From: Intoshia linei
Taxonomy: Eukaryota > Animalia > Orthonectida
NCBI GenBank assembly: GCA_001642005.1
Contig: LWCA01000188.1
Coordinates: forward strand, 1 to 42,517
Direction: 5' to 3'
Length of the DNA stretch: 42,517 nt
Below the pieces are notes generated by a model. That model was not told the DNA's origin and did no database searches. It worked only from the letters and a program-made list of their open reading frames with translations. The translations under genes were made by a program, and so were the position numbers. Below, piece by piece: positions 23,030 through 34,465 of this stretch; position 1 is the stretch's first letter; every line of letters starts with the position of its first letter.

Positions 23030-26000
23030 TTACATTAAATCCAATAATGCTGAATATTTATTTGTTTCTGTATCTTGATCATGAACATCTATGGATTTGT
23101 AGGTTGTGTCTTTTATATCTAAAGCATAAGGTATATTATTTTTATTGTTTAAGACAAAAGTACTGAACGAAAGACCATTTGTCAATTTCATCGGCGAATA
23201 CAGAAGTATTCACTTGATAGTCGATTCAAAGGGGTGATTTTTTTTTAAAATAAACTCATTTTCATGTTATAATAAGTTCTCAAATGAATTTATATATTTA
23301 CTATTAAAAATTTTGAGAGAAACGATGCGGTACGAAACCTACCATATCAGAAGCTTTCTTTTGGGAGGGGTCAATGAAATTTGTGCAAAATGGAGGCATT
23401 CTTTTTCCGAATTGACTATTAAATATTATATTCTTGAATATCAACCATTTTGTGTACATTTTAAATATCATGTCAATAACCTTGGGAAGGTGGCTAGGGC
23501 CATATTATACTACGAATCGTTTGTGTAATTTTTAAAGGGTCTATTTTCATTTCTGGTGGGTTCGACTCCGGGCGATGGTTCAAAAAAGGTTGATAATCCT
23601 TGAATTAACTACTTGCAATTATGTAATATTCCGGGCGCTGTAAATAATTAATTCCACTGATATAGTCAGCTTCAGCTCAAAAAAAAAGACTACGTGGTAT
23701 GTAAAATACTATATACTCTTTGTTAACAGTTTGATTAAACGTATTAAAATTATGTCTGGCCAATTTTACCTTCATCTGATCGACATCTTTGACCCATGGA
23801 TAATGGATTAATTGGAACTCCAACTGGAGCGAAATGAATCGTTTCTTCCTTATTGTCGTTTTCGTCAAATAGCATTTCAAATTTGATGAAAAAACTTTTA
23901 AGGAAAAATATCCCTCCAGTCAGCAAGATTCCTAGAATTAGACAACCTGTGGCATAAACACGAAAAACATAAATGGATCCTATATAATATATCATAAAGT
24001 ATAGAGACGACGAATATATATTTACCGTAATAAGAAATGAGAAGACCACCAAAAACACCACCGCACCCTCGACCAACACCGTTGTATAACGTGTGTAGAA
24101 TAAATTGTGCCGTTGGTTTTTGTTGTCGATTGAAAGCTTTAAGTAAATATGAACAACAGGATATCCACACGGCTACATGGGTAATACCTATAAAAAATTT
24201 CAAATTACAGGTCAATGAAAACTACCTTGAAATCCTTCAACCAATAAAACCCACCATGGATTGGTTATCAGTGAAATGAATATAAACCGAATAAAATTAA
24301 TACATAAACCTAGAGCTAATGTTTTTTGTTGTCCTAAAATACTATTAAATAACGGATATCAAAAATTACCTAATTTGGTGAAATAATGAATAAATCGCAC
24401 AGCTACAACCTCGGAGATATGATTAATGACGGAAATGATTCCAAAAAGAATAGTATTCCCTCTAATGTCTTGTAAATGCCAAAATAAAAAGGTAAATATC
24501 ATTCCAAACCCCACTCCAGTGTACCAAATCATAATCATGTATACAACAGACACAACATTAGTACCATACAATTTCATTACATGTACAAGTTGCATTAATG
24601 TTATGTCACCAGTGCTAAATGCATGATACGTGAATGTATCGTTATTTTTAGGTTGATTTTGATAATGCTGTGTATTGTTGTTTTCATTGGTTTTATAATC
24701 CGATTCATCGCAATCGAAAATCTCGTATTCGTTGGCAACAATATGACCGTCTTGATATGCACTTTGGGCATTTTCTTTGTTTTCTCCGTGCGATTTTCTA
24801 TTTTCAGTAGCATAAGATTCATTGTTCCGATTTTGCGTGTTTAAAGGTTTTGTATTTATGTAATTTGTCAACTTTTCAAATAGATTTGATAACCAATTTG
24901 AATCTGAAGGAAACTTTAATTGTGTGGATATAATTATGGTCAATACCATCATGATTGAAAAGAGAATAAAGGACACTGTATAGTTGTGCTCTCCGACCTG
25001 ACTTTCTCCACAAGGGTGATTATTGAAGTATTGGGATTTCTCTAAAGCTACACCTCCAATGAACATTGCGGCAGCCCAACCAATAGATCCAAATATTCGT
25101 TGTTTAGAATATATTGTTATGTCATAATTGAATAATTCTAGTGTAGCCATGTCTGACAATAAAATGGATGGGGAACTGAATATTTCAGCTACTATCATGA
25201 TTATCAAGAGCAGTAGAAATGAACTAGATACATTAGAATATCTGTAGACTATGCTACTGAATGAAGGGGTAATTAATCCACTATTATTGCTTTCCGCCAT
25301 TTCTTCCAAATTGGCTACGGTGTATATGCTGAGACGTATGGGTGATATACCTACGCGTTGCATATTAATATGTGTTTCATTTACGAGTTTATACTTGTCA
25401 TAGGTGTATATTATGTATTGTTTTTTGTGTAGTGTCTTGTTTGTAGTTTTATTCGATGGTAGAGTTGTTATTTTTAAAGGTTGTGTTAATAGTGTTGAAG
25501 AAAAAGTGCTGCTATTTGCTAGTATTCTAATCGCAGTTGTAGTGACATTTGTTGTTGGAATTATTGTCGTTTTATTGGTTGGTTGAGGAGTAGTATTGTT
25601 TAAATATGTCTTATTGTTCACTGTAGATGCATTATTATTGCCAAAATCTTTGCCTAAAATTTAGACTATATATTATTAATAGTAATTTATTAATTGAGGG
25701 TTTTAAATAATACTTTTAGTATCTATAGGGAAATATTAAATAATAATACATAATTATGTTATATCTTTACTTATATAATATGCTACGCGATTTTTGTTCG
25801 TGTGTGTGTATAACTAACAGTCTTAGAATTTTATAAAGACCACATTTCAATTACAGTTTTTTTCGGGGCGTATAATATAATAAATTTCAACCTCCTAAAC
25901 TCATATCTTACGAGTCAAAAAGTCCAATTGTCCTTTTTTTGAAAATGAAACGAATTCGAGAATTTAAAAAAATATATACGCTGAGTTGAATTTTAAAATC

Positions 26001-28850
26001 ATAAACATTATCATAAATTTAAATTTATAAAAATATATCTTCAGGGCCAAAACCCCAAATTACCGTTCTTTTTTTAATGAAAACAGCCCTAGAATTTAAA
26101 AAAATTTAAATCTAAATAAGTTACGCCTTCATGGTGAAAAACGCATTTTAATATTAATATATTGTTTTACCGAAATATTTTTTTAAAACAAAACATGTGA
26201 AATAATTAACGGTCCTAAAATTTAAAAAAAATCATTATTCTGATAGAGCTTATTCCAGTTGACATAAATACAAAATTTCAACCTCAGAAATTGAACCATT
26301 CCCGGTGAAAAATAATTTTTAATATATTATCAACCAATATTTTTCAAATATTTCGAATTAAAATAAAAATGTAAATGTAAATATTAATCCTACAGTTTCA
26401 AAAAAAAAAATTCATTGAACTTCTACACATTTCAAATAACGAAATATAGGTGAAAATTTATATAATTTATTCTTTCCGATTTTTTTTCATTGTTACGCAA
26501 TTTTGCATTCTCATTTTCAAAACATTTTATTTAAAATTTAAATTAAAACCACAACAACAAATTACTAGAAATAATATAACTTTGTTATTATCAATTTTTT
26601 TAAGGTTGCGTAGTAATTTCAATGTAATGATCCGGGATGAATTTTATAATTTATTATTGGTCCGCCGTGAATAAAGTGTGGCGATTGATTAAGTTATGGG
26701 AGATTTAAAATAATATATTGTTAAAAAGGTGACAGTAGACAAAATAAGTTTGGGTAATATTTTCTATTATAGCTTGCTCATTATAATAATTTGAATACTG
26801 AATTTTTAGATCGCTCACGACTTTATATTGATTAATATACTAGAACCGCTTCTCTTTAGTTAAAATTGAAATGTATCATGTGTTAATTTTCAACAATTAA
26901 CAGGCGGTATAATTTTTTCATATAAAAAAATGACACACGAGATGCAAAAGACTGTAGATCCCTGCTCTAGAATCTAGATTTTAAATGAACCGAAATAAAT
27001 TGTCAGACTCATATTTTTTAAATTTTAGAATTATTAATGAATATTTTAATTTCAATCAATAATTAACCATCGTAGAATTTAAAAAACATAATTCTAATAC
27101 AGTTATTAGCGGGTGACGTTTATGTCTAAGTTAAATTTCTCGAAATTTAGTACTTTAGGGACAAAACCAATTTTTCCTTTTTATTCAAAATAAAATCAAC
27201 TTAAAATTTAGAAAAGCTTATATTCCATGACACATTTCAAAGTCATTAACATTGTTGTGAATCGTAGCCTCAGAAACTTACATGTTTAGGGTCAAAACCA
27301 CAAATTACTTTTTTTTAAATGAGAAAAGTTCTAGAATTGTATACAACTTTGCTTAGTGAGCAGAGCTTAAACATAATTTAACGCAGAACCAGTTTTGATT
27401 TACATTAATTCTGCTCCTGTAATTTAACATTAAATAAATTGTTACTATCATTCTCAAATGGTTGCCCTTGATAGTAAATTGATAAAATACTAACGCAATT
27501 TACAAATAATGACTAGACGAATTAAATAATTGTACAGTACAAATTTAGTTATTTTAACTACCAATTTAGATTTTTTTGTGGGTTTATTTATTATTATTCT
27601 ATTAGTTCATTAATTTAATGATAAGATTCAAATATACGGGTGTTTATAGATACATGATTGTAATGCCATTGGTATTCTTGTATTTATAGAGTATATGAAT
27701 CGATGAATCACCAGATTTGATATATAATATAAAATTTTGTGATTCTTATCGAATGAGTTACATATGCCATATTACCAGTTAGTTTCACTAGTTACCTATC
27801 ACTTAAAATGTATGTGATGAAAGTTTACGTCTTAAACTAATACAAATATATGTATATGCAACGTTTTTGACACCGTGTATTTTTTTTATCGTTCAAAAAA
27901 TAATTTTTATGGACGATTAAGATAAAAACGGTTACAAATTGTTACTTAAACTCCTGATTAAATCTCCAGTTTTAAAATTTTCATTTTTTAAACTTCTAAG
28001 AACTCTAATAATCTGAAATTGTAAGGATTTTTTATGACACGGGCCACTTTTTTAATGACACTAATGCTGTCTTATGGTATGCTTATTTAAGTCACTTAAT
28101 TCAATATACTTATTAAAGATAAATAGGATCAATTCACTAAAAATTAGCTTCCATGTTGATATACGAGGCAATACAATTTTCGTAGTTAAATGAAAGAAAA
28201 ATAGGGGAAAGCTATATCTATCATAACAACCACTGTGGGTAGAAATAAATGTTTTGATTATAAAATTAAATACCTATTATGTTTATAGGTACACTCTGAG
28301 CCGTATTGATTTTATATGTAAATGAAGAATTTGGATATTTCGTAGAAATAGCAGTAGTACTAAACGCATTTTTATGTATTTTTTTAACATCCTCAACTCC
28401 TTTGACGACAAAATCTTTATTCATGAAAGCAGGAATTATGATTACGGCAGATCCGTTATAACTGAGACAATAACTTGGAGGTGGCTGAACTGCTGAAATG
28501 GAAATTGTGAAGGCTAGCCAAGAAATAAGAGACATTATGAGTAAAAACTTTTTGCAATCGTACCGTTCCGATATTTTGGACCAAATGGGTGTACAGATAA
28601 ATTCAAATATAGGTCGCAATCCTATTAATGTACCGGTTTGTGCTGCACTAAGTCCCAACTGTTTAAAATAAATCCCAACAAGAGGAAATAAACAACCAAA
28701 AGAAGCAAAGAAACAAAAGTAAAACATTTTGCATAGTACCAAAGGGTTTCTAATGTGTTTAACGACAGCAGAACATAACAATCCAGTTTGAGACGGCTTG
28801 GATGATTTCAAATTATTTCCGTATACAGGTGGGGTAGTAGGATCATACAT
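23030..28850 (-). CDS. MFSD6: Major facilitator superfamily domain-containing protein 6
   Basis: Exons 28850-28274, 25653-24370, 24333-24226, 24187-24026, 23979-23770 and probable last exon 23118-23030 (DIKDTTY...LLDLM*); the alternative read-through stop is at 23750. Motifs KMFYFCFFASFGCLFPLVGIYFKQLGL, YSKQRIFGSIGW, GFGMIFTFLFWHLQD, SVINHISE, QGITHVAVW, FAPVGVPINP. Confidence 0.93.
25764..26520 (+). mobile_element. Non-autonomous Helitron, 5' end and body, in MFSD6 intron 1
   Basis: A|TCTTTACTTATATAATATGCTACGCGATTTTTGTTCGTGTGTGTG: TC start after A, followed by a GT-rich microsatellite as in invertebrate Helitron 5' ends; multi-copy in this window. Another fragment lies at 27060-27345. Confidence 0.7.
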
Positions 28851-29251
28851 TTGTTTTATGTAATGATATTTTTTAAATAATATTGAACTAACATGGTATA
28901 CATCAAATTGTATTGATTAGCATTACAAATTCAAAATACCTAAAATAGCATATTTACAAGCAACGTATATAGAGGGTTTCTATATTACTATATCGATTTA
29001 TTTATCCTGTTGGTTCCTCTATAATGGTTAAAATCGATATTTTAAATTAAAACTCTATATAAGAATCGGTATATTGATAAATTCAATATCGATTTTCGTT
29101 TTATTCATATTTTGTAAAAGTAAATTTACAAAACCTGCTTGTTTATCATAATTTGCAAATTACAAAGAGACAATTAATAACCAATTCAAATTAAATTTAA
29201 AAATATTAAATACATTTATTTAGCTAAAAATATAAACAAAATAGTAATTAT

Positions 29252-32200
29252 TTATCCTTTAGCAAAATTGACACGAATAGCCTGACCAGGAATTAGTTGA
29301 TATCCTTGAAGTGAATTTTTGGCAACGATAGCTGAAGTAATGTCTCTAAACTCGACAAATGCAATTTCTGGATTATCAGGGATCATTCTGACTTCTTGGT
29401 ATCCATTAAACCTAAAATTAAATAAAGAAAACATAATTTTGGGTCATACTTGCTAAAGAGAGCTATTAAAGTGTGAATATTTGTGTTTGAAGGTAAATTG
29501 GATAAAAATAAAATGTGAAATGGCGGTTGCTCCTTCAAAGCATCAGCTAAAATATACACTGGTGAACATACTTGGATAATTTACCTGAAACATTCAAATT
29601 TGACAAATTGAAATTTGGCCTTCTGAACAATTATTTTAAATTATAAATTCATAAGTGATTACTTTTTCACTGTATTCATTCCTCCATTTGTCTTTCTCTT
29701 TTTTGTCTTGGCTGGTTTTTTCTCGTACACTTTTTCCACATATGTTCCATTTCTTTTTTGTATCGCATACGAGTCACATTTCGCGTACTGTAATTTCTAA
29801 ATATCAAATATAAATAATAGTCAAATTATATAACAAGACGTTATTATAAATAATTCATTTGTCAAATCCATTTAGTTGTTATTATACTTCATTAAAAATC
29901 CAACATCCTCAACCAGAGTTCAATTTTTTTAAATTATTCATTTTTGGTTAATGTGTTCCTAATTGAATATACAGTGTGGTAAAGAATTATTTACTCATTC
30001 ATTAAAATATCCGTAATTGAAATTTTGGTGGTCTTAACTCTCAGCTTGTCGAACTTGTCGACAAACTAAGTCGTTAATTAATGGACCTAAATGTGATTAA
30101 ACTTATCGACCGAAACGTCGTTAAAAATACAAGTTTTGCTGTCATGAAAAATTGGTGTGGAGTAGCCGCGCTTAGTGTCCTGGTGAACGATTTGCTGTCA
30201 AAGAAAATGGTGAAAATTTTGTTCATTTCAAGAAATTAAGGATGGTGTGTTAAAGAAAGTTGTATATAATGTGTGATTGTTGATAAGTGTTGATACAATC
30301 ACTTTATTATTTTGTTACAATATTATAATTTCTACAAGTCAATAAGTATATTTTTGAGTATTTTGAATATGTATATTATACAATAATGGTAAATTTATAC
30401 CAAAAAACTATATTCATAGTAGTAACGTGTAAACACGTAACCTACTTAACAATAACAATATAAACTTTAGTGATAAATCTGGTAACACAGTTCGACGAAT
30501 ACATCCTAAAAATATGTTTAAAATATCTTGTTTACAGTCCGCGACACAGTCGAGTAATATCAAAAATAAATGCACTTTAAATTTAAAAAGCCATATATGT
30601 AATACTTTGTATTTAATACAATTTAGCTTATATGGGCATCGTAAATGAAATTATGTGCGTTAGGGTGTCAACTTATTTTGTTTTTTTTCGTTTTTGATAA
30701 ACGCGTAGCTTTAAACTGAATTAAAATATTTTTTTAGGCATATAGGCGTAAACAATTTATAAAAATAATCATAAACAAATTCGCGTTGGACGTTTTAAAT
30801 ATCACTGTAAAAATATTATGGAGAAATTAAAACTGAACTTCATTTTAACGGAAATTGGCGTTTGAGCTTTTAAACGTAATACCGACTTTATAATATTGTT
30901 CTTCATGTATGGTTATACAGTTTATTTTTTAAAATGTTTCTAGCTCAATTTTTTTTGGATTTTATAAACGATTTAATTTCTCGAATTCTGGCAATAAATT
31001 TATATTTTACACTAATTTATTTTTTAATTATTTTAAAATGTCTCAAAGAGATGGAAATATTATCATTGAAAATTAAATTTCAATTATCATTATCTACAAT
31101 TGAATGTATAATCAAAAAATTGTTTGTAGAATATCGAATTATTCTACGAAATCCAACATTATCTAGAGCTTAAGTATTTCGTAATAAATTAGATAATATT
31201 TTTTCAGTCGCAAAAGATGATCAATATAAGACACACTCTGAGGATATTGAATTCCTTAATTGTCAAAAGGATGGAATTGGTTTAATGGCATTCCACTACT
31301 ACAAATCATCCATACTTGGAATCAATTAAAAAATCCATTGATATCGAAAAAAAAAACGAAAACAAATCGAAAGAGAAAATGGAAATTATAAAAAACATTA
31401 CACAGCTATACATTCTAACCAAGAATCAATTTATTCTACAGATGATGATACAGCTTCTTTTGATTCCTCTAACCTAAAAGAAAAATCTTCATGGCGGTCA
31501 TGTGATAAAAAAATGTTTCACTCCGTGGAGCTGCAGATTTGCTTGGTATATCTCACGAAACAATCAGAAAAAAAAGAAATGAATATTATAAAATATTTAA
31601 AACAATGGTAAATGATATTTCAAATGTTGTGGTGTATTTTGATTCTAATCCGCTGTAAATGATCCCGCTGAAAGAGCACGAATAATATTAAAAAAGGAAG
31701 ATGAAATCCAGAAAGTTGTTAGTTTATCAAATATAAAACTAAAAATTTTCTCAAAATGATGATTATGGCCAAAAATTACATTTTTGAAATATAAGTTAAC
31801 TTACATTATGGAAATTACGTTTAAGTTCTGGTTAACGAGGTTTCTACGGTAGTTAACGATGTATTTTAAACATTTTATTTACATTTAGTGAAACTTTAAA
31901 TGCTTACCGCGAATTTAATATTAATTCTATAAAATTTAAATAAATTATTATTTAAATGAAATAATTTTAATTGATATTTTTGATACACGTTTCAATTTAC
32001 AAAATTACAAAAGGCATTTTCAACATTAAATAGTCAAACCATTGATGGTTGTATCAGAAAGTGTAATAATACTGTGTGTAAGTTATTTACAGAAATAGAA
32101 AACGAAGACATTGAACTTACTACGGATGAAGATTCTGATGACCTATAGAAGTTGCCGCCAAAGTAAATTGTTCTAGATTTTAAAATGAATATTTTAATAA

Positions 32201-34274
32201 TTATTGTTTTTTGGCATTAATTAAATTTAACTATTCATATCTTATCAACGTTTTTTCAAAGTCACCCGTATTAAATATTAACTATTATATCGAAAAAATA
32301 ATTGAAAATTTTATAAATAGCGTTTTTTGTTGACATCACCGAAAAACTAGAATTGTTTATTTTAATCAAACATTAATCAATAATAACTATTTGCGCTGTT
32401 CTTATTAACTATTTTATGCTATACTAAAATTCTTGAAAACTTATTTTAATGTTTATTGACAAAAATATGTTGATACTACTCGAGACTGACGATGACTGTT
32501 AATAAAAATATTATATCAATTGTTGTTTACATTGAGACTTTACTATAGTCATGACTCATACAATGTATAAAGATATAAATGTTAATTCCAAATAGTAATT
32601 TACGATGAGTGAAATTTAAATTACAATCACCAAAGAAATAATTTTAAAATCAATGTACAGTAAGGCCTCTCAATATCGCCACTACTTTTCAATTTTGTAA
32701 CAAACTTATAAGGAAAATTCTCAATACCCAAATTTAAAACATTTTAAAAAAAAATTTGTCAAAATGTGTTAAAATTTAAGTAAAATTATGATATGATACA
32801 AAAATATGGTAGCACTAGTTTACCATAAATTGGTTCATTCTATATTTTACTTTATCGTTAATTCTACTTCATAATTCATTCTATCATCATTTACAACAAC
32901 TAATCCAAAGTTTACATACGATTTGTAATATAGTTAAATTTTTTAAATCATAATAATTTTTTATAGAAAATGGCAAACAAAAAAAAATAATAATAAATAA
33001 TTCGATTTCTACAAATAACTTCAATGGTGTCGGATCAAAGAATAGCTGACATGTTTACCCATAAATTCAACACACCAATTTCTAAAACAATATGTGATAT
33101 TAAAAACAACAAGCCTGATTGTAAACCTAAGCTTAGATTTGAAAAAATTAAAAAATGTTACCATTTATGGGAAAAAAATATGTCCTGATCGAAAAAAAGT
33201 CTTGTAGGAAGAATTTCTAACTATTTTTATTCGAAGGATTGGACAAAACCAGTATTTATTCGCTGTGTGGTAAACATTTGGATATGTCCTCTGTAGAGTT
33301 AGCATTGTAAACTTTATTAGATCCCACTCGCTGAATCATCGTCAATTTAAAGACTTTTTATATTGATTCGTTGAATTATCGTTTTTTCGTTATTTTACTG
33401 TATAAATTTATGTTTATTGTTTAACCGTTCCTATAATGATATACTCTCAATACCGCCATAAATATTGAAATACCAAAATTGGCTTTATTAAGAAACCTCA
33501 CTGTATATAAGCAAAAAATTAAGTTGAATGATGCTACAAATAACCTGCGACTAAAATAAACATTACAACCACCTGCAAAGTTAGTCTTACAACCCTTGCA
33601 CAAATAAAAATAAAAGTTGAACTATTATTAAAAAATTACCATCTCCTTAGTAAAAAAGGGGAAATTTTGCATTGATCCTAGAGCAGTAGTAGCACTAGTA
33701 ACCTCATCAAACACAATAAAAGCCTGTCCACGCATTTTAATGTTTCTATGAGATATTATTTCCACAATTGTACCAAATTGAGAAAAAACAGCATGTAATG
33801 AACGTTTCAGTTCTAAAAAAATTTTATATTTTAATCTTTAAAATTAAATCAAAATTAAAAAATCTTCAAGTCAAAATGTAATTCATCTATGTAAATGTAA
33901 ACTTTACTAAACATCACTATTTTAAATGTAAATCTCTATAAACCACCCAAAATCATTTTTGTATGTGCCGTTTTATAGATTACCCCTGTGACAGTCAGTG
34001 ATGTCAGTGATGTCAGTGAAAATTTCACAATTCAATAGAAATTCAATATATTTAAAGAATAAATTTAGTGCATCATACTATAAACCAAAATTTCTAGAAA
34101 AAAATTATATCTAAAAAATATTTTTCATACGAAAAAAAATATGAACATAAATGTTAAAATGAAAAAAAACAAAAAGTATAAAATTGATGAAAATATAAAA
34201 TTACCTTGTTGTTTAATTTTTTCATTCAAATTATTAACATATAAAGTGTGATTAGGTTTAATAACGTCTGCCAT
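29252..34274 (-). CDS. snf: U1A/U2B''/SNF-family snRNP protein with two RRMs
   Basis: Exons 34274-34205, 33812-33640, 29796-29663, 29622-29585, 29546-29450, 29411-29252: [31 protein letters not shown]...[10 protein letters not shown]...MQNFPFF...LQYAKCDS...[13 protein letters not shown]...[11 protein letters not shown]...IAFVEF...VNFAKG*. Confidence 0.95.
30661..31760 (+). mobile_element. hATm relic in snRNP-gene intron 2
   Basis: TAGGGTGTC terminus at 30661; peptides [20 protein letters not shown] and AVNDPAERA (same motif as at 313-340). Confidence 0.65.
32657..33401 (+). mobile_element. pogo/Tigger-like relic
   Basis: TA|CAGT at about 32657 and ACTG|TA at about 33400 (TIRs match poorly); peptide [28 protein letters not shown] resembles the CENP-B/psq N-terminal HTH. 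Confidence 0.4.
33994..34019. repeat. 9-bp tandem repeat (GTCAGTGAT)x3
   Basis: GTCAGTGA at 33994, 34003 and 34012 in intron 1 of the snRNP gene. Confidence 0.8.
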
Positions 34275-34465
34275 TTTGACTTCCTATGTAAGTCGATAAT
34301 AAACAAAATGTAATTTTGTTTCTGTTTGTTTCTATGATTTCAATTCAAAATTTGAAATTTTATCAATTGCCATGTAAAAATTTTATTGATAAATATATAA
34401 TAAAGTTACGATCAATCTAGCAAATTTAAACTTTTTTCGAAAATAAAATTAATTTTAATTTACCA
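34275..34465. promoter_or_regulatory. Probable bidirectional promoter snf/KAT7 (191 bp between ATGs)
   Basis: Divergent starts at 34274(-) and 34466(+). Confidence 0.5.

Noticed and set aside
23540-23600. tRNA gene
   Set aside because: B-box only; no acceptor, D or anticodon stems could be formed.
24037-25586. Several short plus-strand ORFs
   Set aside because: Antisense shadows of MFSD6 exons; the same applies to 6922-7122, 14954-15169, 18914-19177 and 41407-41643 for their respective genes or elements.
29100-29251. U1A autoregulatory PIE element in the 3' UTR
   Set aside because: No AUUGCAC boxes seen, only a TAATTTGCAAATTA palindrome.
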